A stretch of 64,000 nucleotides of DNA from Epiperipatus broadwayi (GCA_028023455.1 JAQFVV010000006.1:13516001-13580000); one strand, 5' to 3'; positions 27,711 through 37,074 are shown, numbered from the stretch's first letter. Notes: generated by a model from the sequence alone, not told the origin. Numbers and translations are program-made.

Positions 27711-28193
27711 AAAAATTCAGTTATATATAGATTGATATGTGGATGCGGCGTACAATACATTGGTGAATCTAAGTGTACATTTGAGAAGAGAATAAAAGAA
27801 TTCAAAAAGAGAATCAATATGGAACAGATATAAATAAACCTTCATCATCTGTTATATTTGATCATAATAAATCTTGTCAATATGGATTTAAATTTGATTA
27901 TAAAAATATGAAAATTATTCAAATTGAACGTTGTCATAATAAACGTAAAATAAAAGAGGCTATGTTGATTTCAAGAAATCGTCAAATGTTAATGAATCGC
28001 CAGTCATCAAATGTTAAGATAACAGAATTGTGGGAAATCTGAATTGAACTATGGGTATTGTTAAGGGTTGTCTTGTTTTGATTATTCAATATTATATAGT
28101 TGATAAAGACTACAAAGTGTATAGTCGAAAGTACTTCTAAAAGATTATAATTTATATAAATTGTACTGTATTTTGATATATATATATTGATTT
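27711..28193 (+). mobile_element. PLE-B: 5'-truncated Penelope-like element (GIY-YIG + 3' UTR), continuing at 31435-31493
   Basis: SVIYRLICGCGVQYIGESKCTFEKRIKEF, one frameshift, then GTDINKPSSSVIFDHNKSC...KRKIKEAMLIS...ITELWEI* (stop ~28042). Confidence 0.85.
28097..28139 (+). ncRNA. Minimal type I hammerhead ribozyme with U3-A8 core (PLE-B)
   Basis: TAG-TTGATAA-A-GACTA-caaagtgta-TAGTC-GAAA-GTAC-TT-CTA: 3-bp stem I, perfect 5-bp stem II, palindromic stem III AAGTACTT. Confidence 0.75.
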
Positions 28194-28290
28194 CCAAAAC
28201 TGTCTAACACTATACTAGCAAAAAATAAAAATGCAAAACCATAAAACAATACAGTACTAGATTAAATTCAAAATTTTACCAAAATCCTTA

Positions 28291-28333
28291 CACAACCATG
28301 GTTTCATCTACTACAAATAGACCTTCTCAAGTG
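28291..28333 (-). ncRNA. Minimal type I hammerhead ribozyme, U3-A8 core (PLE-A left arm)
   Basis: Mirror copy of 31332-31374. Confidence 0.68.
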
Positions 28334-28389
28334 AAAATCAACCTAAAGGAAAACATATATATATACAAACAAACAAACCTTCCCATAAT

Positions 28390-29814
28390 TCATTTCAAAC
28401 TCCACCTTCCCTTAATATCAAAAGAAGTCTTCATAAGATTGATAGCCTCAGAATCAAGGAGTTTTATCATCAAAGTCTCCTTTATTCTTCTTTTTAACTC
28501 ATTCTTTTCATAAAAAATAACCGAAGCATTGTCAAACAATATTCTATGACCTGTATTCAATTCATGAATATATAAAGCTGAGTTAAGATACCTATGTTTA
28601 ACTCTACTTATATGAACCTTAACCCTTTCCTTAAGGCTAAATTTACTCTGGCCTACATAAAATTTACCACAACTACATGGAATTTTATAAACAATACCAG
28701 GAATAGACCTACTATCAATAGACTGCTTTGAACCATTAAGTAATGAATTCAAATCAGAACCTTTCCTCCATGCAACCTTCTTTCCACCTAACAAATGACT
28801 ATTCCTATAAACCAAATTATAAATTGATGCTTTAAATGGTAAAGACATATAATCATCATCCTTACCAACAAAATTCTTATCATCCAAATCACGACTATAA
28901 ACATTATTATTAAATACCACTTTTTTAATAAAATCATGACTATAACCCAATTCTACATATTCAGCAGCAAATTGACTTTTTTGAATATCAGCATCATTAT
29001 TAAAATTATTAAGCCTTCTATTCCGACAACAAAAATTCAACAAAGACATTTTTTTATGTATAAAAGGCTGATAACTATCAGGCCTAATCATATTTCTCAA
29101 ATTTTTAGGTTTTATAAAATGACTACAAAACAAAACATCATTAACCTTCTCAACATTTAAATCTAAAAACTTTAATTTTACAAAATCAAAACCACCCCCC
29201 TCAATTGTAAACTTAATATTAGAATCAAAACCATTCAATCCACATAAAAACTCTTCTAATTTCTCTTTCTGAATAACAAACAAACAATCATCAACATACC
29301 TAACAAATAATTTAATAGAACCTGAAAACATATTAATAATACTACACTCCAAATAATCAATATAGACAGCACACATCAATGGAGAAATGACATAACCAAT
29401 AACCCAACCTTCTCTAATCTTATAAAACACATCATTAGACATAAAATACATTGAATCCTCTAACAGCAAAAGCAAATCATGAAAAACCTTAATCTTATCT
29501 GCAGAAAAACATTCTAATTTTTTTAAAATTGAAAGAAAAACATCAATACTTTTTAATCTATTAACCGATTGGTACATATTTTCAATGTCTAAACTACCAA
29601 AAACACAATCATCATCCAAAACAAAACCATTTATTTTCTTAAAAGCTTCAAAGGAAGAAGAAACACAAAATTGACCCAGTTTTATGTAATCCTTAAAATA
29701 TCTTATAATAAATTTTGATATTTTATCAACAATTCCTCCTGTAAAATCAAAAATACATCTCAAAGGAAAATTATCTTTATGAGACTTCAAATTAAAGAAA
29801 ACCTTTGGAGCCAC
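28390..29814 (-). CDS. Penelope-like RT + GIY-YIG endonuclease, 5'-truncated (474 aa, no ATG start)
   Basis: KSHK..PLR.I, SLDIENMY, SPLMCAVYIDYLE, RYVDD, FLDL, GIVYKIPCSCGKFYVGQS...ER...H...HELNTGH...R.IKE. Confidence 0.92.
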   Translation of the reverse strand: MAPKVFFNLKSHKDNFPLRCIFDFTGGIVDKISKFIIRYFKDYIKLGQFCVSSSFEAFKKINGFVLDDDCVFGSLDIENMYQSVNRLKSIDVFLSILKKLECFSADKIKVFHDLLLLLEDSMYFMSNDVFYKIREGWVIGYVISPLMCAVYIDYLECSIINMFSGSIKLFVRYVDDCLFVIQKEKLEEFLCGLNGFDSNIKFTIEGGGFDFVKLKFLDLNVEKVNDVLFCSHFIKPKNLRNMIRPDSYQPFIHKKMSLLNFCCRNRRLNNFNNDADIQKSQFAAEYVELGYSHDFIKKVVFNNNVYSRDLDDKNFVGKDDDYMSLPFKASIYNLVYRNSHLLGGKKVAWRKGSDLNSLLNGSKQSIDSRSIPGIVYKIPCSCGKFYVGQSKFSLKERVKVHISRVKHRYLNSALYIHELNTGHRILFDNASVIFYEKNELKRRIKETLMIKLLDSEAINLMKTSFDIKGRWSLK

Positions 29815-31275
29815 AAAATCACTAGGGTAACAATTCTGTTAATTGATTTTGTGGCTCCAAAGGTTTTCTTTAATTTGAAGTCTCATAAAGATAATTTTCC
29901 TTTGAGATGTATTTTTGATTTTACAGGAGGAATTGTTGATAAAATATCAAAATTTATTATAAGATATTTTAAGGATTACATAAAACTGGGTCAATTTTGT
30001 GTTTCTTCTTCCTTTGAAGCTTTTAAGAAAATAAATGGTTTTGTTTTGGATGATGATTGTGTTTTTGGTAGTTTAGACATTGAAAATATGTACCAATCGG
30101 TTAATAGATTAAAAAGTATTGATGTTTTTCTTTCAATTTTAAAAAAATTAGAATGTTTTTCTGCAGATAAGATTAAGGTTTTTCATGATTTGCTTTTGCT
30201 GTTAGAGGATTCAATGTATTTTATGTCTAATGATGTGTTTTATAAGATTAGAGAAGGTTGGGTTATTGGTTATGTCATTTCTCCATTGATGTGTGCTGTC
30301 TATATTGATTATTTGGAGTGTAGTATTATTAATATGTTTTCAGGTTCTATTAAATTATTTGTTAGGTATGTTGATGATTGTTTGTTTGTTATTCAGAAAG
30401 AGAAATTAGAAGAGTTTTTATGTGGATTGAATGGTTTTGATTCTAATATTAAGTTTACAATTGAGGGGGGTGGTTTTGATTTTGTAAAATTAAAGTTTTT
30501 AGATTTAAATGTTGAGAAGGTTAATGATGTTTTGTTTTGTAGTCATTTTATAAAACCTAAAAATTTGAGAAATATGATTAGGCCTGATAGTTATCAGCCT
30601 TTTATACATAAAAAAATGTCTTTGTTGAATTTTTGTTGTCGGAATAGAAGGCTTAATAATTTTAATAATGATGCTGATATTCAAAAAAGTCAATTTGCTG
30701 CTGAATATGTAGAATTGGGTTATAGTCATGATTTTATTAAAAAAGTGGTATTTAATAATAATGTTTATAGTCGTGATTTGGATGATAAGAATTTTGTTGG
30801 TAAGGATGATGATTATATGTCTTTACCATTTAAAGCATCAATTTATAATTTGGTTTATAGGAATAGTCATTTGTTAGGTGGAAAGAAGGTTGCATGGAGG
30901 AAAGGTTCTGATTTGAATTCATTACTTAATGGTTCAAAGCAGTCTATTGATAGTAGGTCTATTCCTGGTATTGTTTATAAAATTCCATGTAGTTGTGGTA
31001 AATTTTATGTAGGCCAGAGTAAATTTAGCCTTAAGGAAAGGGTTAAGGTTCATATAAGTAGAGTTAAACATAGGTATCTTAACTCAGCTTTATATATTCA
31101 TGAATTGAATACAGGTCATAGAATATTGTTTGACAATGCTTCGGTTATTTTTTATGAAAAGAATGAGTTAAAAAGAAGAATAAAGGAGACTTTGATGATA
31201 AAACTCCTTGATTCTGAGGCTATCAATCTTATGAAGACTTCTTTTGATATTAAGGGAAGGTGGAGTTTGAAATGA
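29779..31275 (+). CDS. Penelope-like RT + GIY-YIG endonuclease (498 aa; the first ~22 aa come from the antisense left arm and spacer)
   Basis: Same motifs as the minus copy; the ATG at 29779 lies in the left arm and reads through the spacer in frame. Confidence 0.92.
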   Translation: MRLQIKENLWSHKITRVTILLIDFVAPKVFFNLKSHKDNFPLRCIFDFTGGIVDKISKFIIRYFKDYIKLGQFCVSSSFEAFKKINGFVLDDDCVFGSLDIENMYQSVNRLKSIDVFLSILKKLECFSADKIKVFHDLLLLLEDSMYFMSNDVFYKIREGWVIGYVISPLMCAVYIDYLECSIINMFSGSIKLFVRYVDDCLFVIQKEKLEEFLCGLNGFDSNIKFTIEGGGFDFVKLKFLDLNVEKVNDVLFCSHFIKPKNLRNMIRPDSYQPFIHKKMSLLNFCCRNRRLNNFNNDADIQKSQFAAEYVELGYSHDFIKKVVFNNNVYSRDLDDKNFVGKDDDYMSLPFKASIYNLVYRNSHLLGGKKVAWRKGSDLNSLLNGSKQSIDSRSIPGIVYKIPCSCGKFYVGQSKFSLKERVKVHISRVKHRYLNSALYIHELNTGHRILFDNASVIFYEKNELKRRIKETLMIKLLDSEAINLMKTSFDIKGRWSLK

Positions 31276-31331
31276 ATTATGGGAAGGTTTGTTTGTTTGT
31301 ATATATATATGTTTTCCTTTAGGTTGATTTT

Positions 31332-31374
31332 CACTTGAGAAGGTCTATTTGTAGTAGATGAAACCATGGTTGTG
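31332..31374 (+). ncRNA. Minimal type I hammerhead ribozyme, U3-A8 core (PLE-A right arm)
   Basis: CAC-TTGAGAA-G-GTCTA-tttgtag-TAGAT-GAAA-CCATGG-TT-GTG: stem I CAC/GTG, 5-bp stem II, palindrome AACCATGGTT in stem III. Confidence 0.68.
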
Positions 31375-31509
31375 TAAGGATTTTGGTAAAATTTTGAATT
31401 TAATCTAGTACTGTATTGTTTTATGGTTTTGCATATATTGATTTGTATATTACATATTTTGTGAAACGAATACAGATATCAAACTTTATTTATTATATAT
31501 ATATATATA

Positions 31510-32012
31510 CAGAAGTAAACAGAATATTGGGTGTGAATTAATTTATGATAATGGAAGGAAAATAACTTACTATTTAAGACTCGAACAGGATTTTTAACAA
31601 CAATGGAATATAGACATAAATGGAAAAATGTGGTTGATGTAGTCTGCAAGTTGTGTAAGGAAGGCATAGAAAATATTAGGCATCTGTTAATTGAATGTAA
31701 ATACCTGCAAGCAGAAAGGGTACAAATAATGAAGTTGTGGAAGAATAAATATAAATAAAGTGATTATACAGAAAGTAGGTTCTTAGTTTTTATGCTGGGT
31801 TTGGGAAAAGATAAGGGGGATTTAGATATAAAGACCATAGAGTTGACAAAGATTATGTTATGGAAATGGGCTGGAGCAGGATAGAGAAGAATATGGGAAA
31901 AACTTAGGGTGGAGAATAGAAAGGGAAGGTAAAGTGGCTAACATGTTTCTCTGGGCATAGTGGCTGAGAGATTCCTGACTCCGAAAAAGGAGAAGTCAGT
32001 GCATTGCATCAC
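31510..32012 (+). mobile_element. CCHC-type LINE, right half of the split copy
   Basis: Resumes at AGAAGTAAA, exactly where 27710 stops relative to the uninterrupted copy at ~34139; encodes CKLCKEGIENIRHLLIEC; 3' end GAGATTCCTGACTCC...GCATCAC. Confidence 0.85.
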
Positions 32013-32631
32013 TATACTAGTTAAAATAGAAAGAAAAATAAATGCAGGATGGAATCTTAATTTCTCTTGATTGTTTATAACTAAAACTTCCTTTTTTAAA
32101 AGACACCTTCATAAACAAAAAAAATATTGTAAGCTATTTTTAGCACGCATGAATTTAATTTCAAAAACTAGAAATGTAATGACGTTCTTTACATTCTTAG
32201 TTTTTAATTTTGAGTATGAATAATATCAAAAACTCTGTTGCAAAATATCAGTGTTAAAAAATAATATATATATGTGTGTGTGTGTGTGGTTTTAGTGCAT
32301 TACTCTTCAGGTTAAATGCATTTTTCATAAAATATTTTTTATATAAATTATTTGCCTTTTTTTTTTTTTTAATCTATTTTAGAAATCATTATTTTCTCCA
32401 CTGTTTTATCTCTAAATTCTCGTTCATCCTAAAAAAAAAAAAACTATCCTTTTTTTTTTACCCTATCTTTCTTTATTATATTTATATATTCCACAGTTTC
32501 TCATTTGTTTTCAGTCTTTATTAAAACTGTTAAATTTATAATAAATGTTTGATATTTTAAATAGTTATCTCTGTTAATAGGCTGTGAAACCTGACAAGTT
32601 AAAGGTCTTAGAATAGATAATAATCAGTATT

Positions 32632-32754
32632 AACAGTTTAGCGCAATTGGTAGAACGATCATCTTCGGATCAGAAAGTCCCAGGATCGATTCTGGCATTC
32701 ACAGGTCTGGGGCTCAAACTTCTTATGAACTCGCAAGCAATAAAGCCATCAGCC

Positions 32755-32788
<34 letters not shown>

Positions 32789-32812
32789 CATCATCATTAT
32801 CATCATCATCAT
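32632..32812 (+). mobile_element. tRNA-Arg(TCG)-derived SINE with (TTA)n(TCA)n tail
   Basis: A box TAGCGCAATTGGTAG; CTTCGGATCAGAA resembles the tRNA-Arg(UCG) anticodon arm; degenerate B box GGATCGATTC; body shared with 63580-63700. Confidence 0.7.
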
Positions 32813-33104
32813 CAATATTTGCTGTGAGATTCCAGTTGAAATACATATTACAATGCCTGTTTATTCTTATATAAGTTGTTTGATATTTAAATGTCAATTA
32901 CTTTAAGTTTAAATTACAAAAGTCATAATTGATCCTAGTACATTTTTATCCCTAAATAATCAAATGGTCAATTGGTTGGAAGATCATTCGATGTTAATCG
33001 AGTTTTTTTACCAAGAGTCTTTAACTCTCCATTCTGTGGTTGGACAACTGCACTGACAACTTATAGGGGGCAGCTCAGTGCTGTGGGTGGGTAAAATCTG
33101 TTAT

Positions 33105-33420
33105 TTCAGTGTAAATGCTTGGAAGCAGAAAAGGTACAAATAATGAAGTTATGGAAGATTAAATATGAACAAAGTGATTATAAAGAAAGTGAGTTATTGG
33201 TTTTTATGCTAGGTTTGGGAAAAGATAAGGGGGATTTAGATATGAAGGTCATGGAGTTGACAAAGATTATGTTGTGGAAATGGGATGGAGCAGATTATGG
33301 GAAAACTTAGGGTGGACAATGGAAAAGGAAGTTCAAGTGGCTAACAGGTTTCTCTGAGCATAGCTGCTGAGAGATTCCTGACTCCGTTTAAGGAGAAGTC
33401 ACAGTGCATCACATCACAAA
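33105..33420 (+). mobile_element. CCHC-type LINE 3' fragment
   Basis: Aligns to 34330-34630. Confidence 0.85.
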
Positions 33421-33439
33421 GAGATGGGGATTAAATTTA

Positions 33440-34630
33440 GTGAAGATGTAGAATTTTTATTGGGGGATATAAAGTTAAGGGTGGTGGATAGATATAGGTA
33501 TTTGGGCATCATCTTATGTAATCAGGAAAATTGCTTGGATGAATGGGAGGAAAAAAATTGGTAAATGAAGCAAAAAAGAGAAAGGGTTTGGTAAAGAAAC
33601 TAACAGTGTTTTCATATAATAAATATGTAGCTAGAATTGTATGGAAGGGAGTTGCAGTAGCAGGGTTAACATATGATAATGATGCATTATGTGTTAGCAA
33701 AAGGGTTTTAGATTATTTAGGGAAAGTACAAAGGGAAATAGGAAGACATGCATTAGATGCGGACAGCAAAGGAGGCAATTCAAGGAGAAATGGGATGGTC
33801 AAGTTTTTACATGAGAGATGTGCAAAAAGTAAAATGAAAATGTTTGGTAGGTTGCAGTTTATGAATAGTAAAAGATTAGCCAAAATAGTGTTTAATTGGG
33901 TTATGAATACAGGGCAGGTAACAAGATGGGTGAGAAAGGTAATGCGGTATGCAAAAGATTTGGATAAAGAAATTTATATCAGTATAATTGTATAAAAGGT
34001 GAGATGATTGTGTTAGGAGGATTGTTGAGTGTTATAGTTGTAAGGAATGGGTTAAAAGAATAGATGCATTAATAAAGAATAGGGAGTTGGAGAGCTGGAG
34101 AACTAGTATGGAGGGTAAGAAGGGTTTAAATATATATAGAAGTAAATGGAACATTGGGTGCAAGTTAATTTATGATAATAGTATGGAAAGTAGTTTATTG
34201 TTTAAGGCTCGGACGGGATCTTTAGCAACAAGAGAATATACATGCAAATGAAAAAATATGGGTGATTTAGTGTGCAAATTGTGTAAGGAAGGTATAGAAA
34301 ATATTAGGCATCTGTTGATTGGATGTAAATGCTTGAAAGCAAAAAGGGTACAAATAATGAAGTTATGGGAGAATAAATATGAACAAAGTGATTATACAGA
34401 AAGTGAGTTATTGATTTTTATGCTGGGTTTGGGAAAAGATAAGGGGGATTTAGATATAAAGACCATAGAGTTGACAAAGATTATGTTGTGGAAATGGGGT
34501 GGAGCAGATTATGGGAAGGTTTAGGGTGGGGAATGGAAGGGGAAGGTAAAGTGGCTAACAGGTATCTTTGGGCATAGTTGCTGAGAGATTCCTGACTCCG
34601 TTTAAGAAGTCGCAGTACATCACATCACAT
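33440..34630 (+). mobile_element. CCHC-type LINE, RT C-terminus to 3' end (decayed)
   Basis: VVDRYRYLGI at ~33481; ORF 33543-33995; KARTGSL; zinc knuckle CKLCKEGIENIRHLLIGC; short CACAT-type tail. Confidence 0.85.
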
Positions 34631-34890
34631 TTAAGCATGAGAAGTGATTGGCTGACTTTGATTTAAGAATTATTGCTAAACCATACTGGGGGGGGGGGGA
34701 TTTCTTCATATAGAAGCATGAATATGATTTGATTATATAATTACCAAATTTTTTTAATTGTATATATTTGTAAGATTATAACTTAGTCTTTTTTGTATGT
34801 TTGTAATTTTGTAACCATACAATAATTGAAAATTGTGATTTTAATCTATAACTGAAAGGAACTTTCTATTTTTTTTTTTTTTTCTTTTAG

Positions 34891-35009
34891 GAAATTCATA
34901 GGAATTATTTAAATAAAGTGGATGAATTAAACAATGTCCAGCAGAAATGCATGAAGGAATTGGCCCACCATCAATATCGCATGAAACAAATTTCCGATTC
35001 ATTAAAGAA
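34891..35009 (+). CDS. TMEM120: TMEM120 homologue, internal coding exon (probable exon 2)
   Basis: poly-T ttttag|GAA...AA|gtgaga; EIHRNYLNKVDELNNVQQKCMKELAHHQYRMKQISDSLK; 119 bp, phase 0 to 2, matching the next exon. Confidence 0.88.
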
Positions 35010-35204
35010 GTGAGAAACTTTATACATGATATAATTGACAATATATATATATATGTTGTTGTTTTTAATGTTATAGTAGCTTTTGGCATTTGAATGTAAT
35101 TTTTTGTATACTTTCCATATTCTAATAATTTTTATATTGGAGAGCAAACAATGTCTGGAAATTATATGATGGCTTTTCTCCAAAATGATCTATCGTGAAC
35201 GGTT

Positions 35205-35490
35205 AACACTCTAGAGCCATCTAGTGTAAGCTTGAGTAATCAGGATGCAAGATGGTATAGTTCAATATCCCCTCTCGAACTTCATCAGTGAGGATTAGAA
35301 TTAGGTCATTAACTTGAATAGCTCGCAGGAATAAAGATGGTTTCTAGATGCACAAATGTATTGGTTCTAACTTTGAATCCTAGTCCTTACTGATGAAGGC
35401 AAAAATCAAACCAATATGAAGATGGAGATATTAAAGCACTACACCATCTGGTGTCTATTGTTTACTTAGATTTACAATAGATGCCTAGTA
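35205..35490. mobile_element. Older R-related family (R2), head-to-head pair with a decayed HHR core
   Basis: Reverse CCTCACTGATGAAG...GGGGATATT...GCATCCTGATTACTCAAGCTTACACTAGATGGC, then forward CCTTACTGATGAAGGC...GGAGATATT...ACCATCT. Confidence 0.55.
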
Positions 35491-36189
35491 TAAGGTGAAG
35501 AAAATAGTTTTGGAAGTATATAAAAGTCATACAATATCATTGTTAACAATGGCCTATCATTTATTTGTTTTTTCAGGCTGTTTAATGGGGTATTTATTAA
35601 TAAAGGTCTCTTGACTTTATTGCTAATCCCCCTTCTTTTTTATACTCCAATCATTCCAAGTATTATTTTTCTCTCTCATATTGCGACCACAATATGATAA
35701 ATTTCAAACTTATCATTTGTACTTCAAGTGAGATTCCAGATCTTATCATCAAGTATCTGCTTTTTTTTTTCCTCACTGTCTGAAATTTTCAAAATCTTTG
35801 CTAATTAATAAGTCAAAAGCTTCATTAAATTTTCTGGGGGTTCCAGTGTCTAACTTACACATATAGTAAGTGAATGGGAGATGAAAAAATAGATAAATAA
35901 TTTGTATATACTAATGAAGGGTAAGGTTTCCTTAATAAGAGCCTTATAAGATAGTTTTCATACATTTTTGACTGTTTAAGAACCACAAGCTATTAAATAT
36001 CATAACTTTACTAACCAAATATAATTATAAAATCCACATTAACAATCTTAATGTTTCAAAATATCTATTTTTTACTCATCTTCAAAAATTTGGGGAAAAT
36101 AGCAATAAAAATCAATATTCGCATTCTTTCGGAGGCCACCCAAAGTAGCTTTGGAAGCAGCAGAGTAGCTTCGAGAGTCACAGATTAAT

Positions 36190-36530
36190 TAAAAAGGCAA
36201 AACTCTCCATACAGTAGTGCCATCCTGTGCCAACCAGAGTAATCAATGGATGCCAGAAAGCTTGTGCTTAAAATCCCTATCTAGTGCCTACTCATCCAAT
36301 ATCCCAGACTAATTTCTGGCTTGTGGCCTTCATCAGTGAAGAGCCTTGGATCTGAGAGCACTGCACCTAGATATCGGGATCTAATGCAACCCTCCAGCAG
36401 CCGCCTTTTATCTCTACTTAACTACAAAACTATGAGAATGAAATTGAAAACAAGCCTTCTGGCATTCATTGATTACTCTGGTTGGCACAGGATGGCACTA
36501 CTGTATGGAGAGTTTTGCCTTGTTTAATAA
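36190..36530. mobile_element. Family R head-to-head insertion
   Basis: Reverse copy 36190-~36450 (near-intact HHR at 36302-36340 on the minus strand); forward copy ~36451-36530. Confidence 0.88.
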
Positions 36531-36649
36531 TAATTGTGCTAGTATATGTGATTAATTAAAAAGATGTTTAAATTGAAACATTCTAGCTGAAAATTAGAAT
36601 GTTAAAAAGATCTTTTTTTTTTTACTGAATGAAATTAAAAGCAAATTTA

Positions 36650-36960
36650 AAATGTTGAAAGATTGCACTACATGAATAAAAATAAATTAGTAAAATTAGT
36701 CTTTAATTGGATTATGTGGAGATGCCAACAAACATGTTGCTACAAAGAAAAGAATTTACATTATGGAAAATCAATAAATTTGAGAATTTATATTTACCTA
36801 TATATATATAAGGAATTGGATAAATGTGGAGAGAATATATATATTAGGTACATAATTATAAGGGTGGGAAATGAGGATAGGTAGGTCAGTTAAAGAAAAA
36901 GAAGTGATCTTATAGAAAAAATTATGAATAAAATAGTAATTTGGAGTTATAAAAAATGAA
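36650..36960 (+). mobile_element. Highly decayed CCHC-LINE fragment
   Basis: HYMNKNKLVKLVFNWIM parallels QFMNSKRLAKIVFNWVM at ~33860. Confidence 0.5.
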
Positions 36961-37074
36961 AATTGTGTAATATATGAAATAATGTATGATAACACCAGAG
37001 GGAATTAGTGTTTGAATGATGCAAGGATATGACCTTAAGAGACCATGGAAAAAAGGCTAAAGTGGAATAATGTT

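Larger units (their letters stand above)
28194..31434. mobile_element. PLE-A foldback: two 1591-bp inverted arms (28231-29821 and 29844-31434), a 22-nt spacer and a 37-bp extra tail on the left
   Basis: Arm positions sum to 59665 at both inner and outer boundaries. Translated proteins are identical. TSD ATATTGATTT at 28184-28193 and 31435-31444. Confidence 0.93.

Noticed and set aside
27534-27833. 99-aa ORF as a novel LINE/GIY-YIG fusion gene
   Set aside because: It is the accidental in-frame junction of a LINE fragment and truncated PLE-B at a TA tract; the GIY-YIG part is frameshifted after 37 codons.
29822-29843. Telomeric repeat (TAGGG) in the palindrome spacer
   Set aside because: Single partial unit; better explained as native PLE coding sequence on the minus strand.
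28390-31275. Prokaryotic RT system (retron, DGR, group II intron, defence RT) or convergent toxin-antitoxin pair
   Set aside because: The RT is fused to a C-terminal GIY-YIG with the PLE-type CxC/H..H pattern and has a PLE-type HHR; the ORFs diverge and are identical copies in spliceosomal-intron-rich DNA.
31270-31340. Selenocysteine read-through of the TGA ending PLE-A and PLE-B
   Set aside because: In both elements the TGA follows the usual PLE terminal W..L/I motif, the downstream frame is low-complexity, and I saw no convincing SECIS.
28298-31367. Short ORFs 28298-28513, 28936-29160, 30505-30729 and 31152-31367
   Set aside because: Antisense shadows of the codon-biased PLE-A ORF, duplicated by the palindrome.
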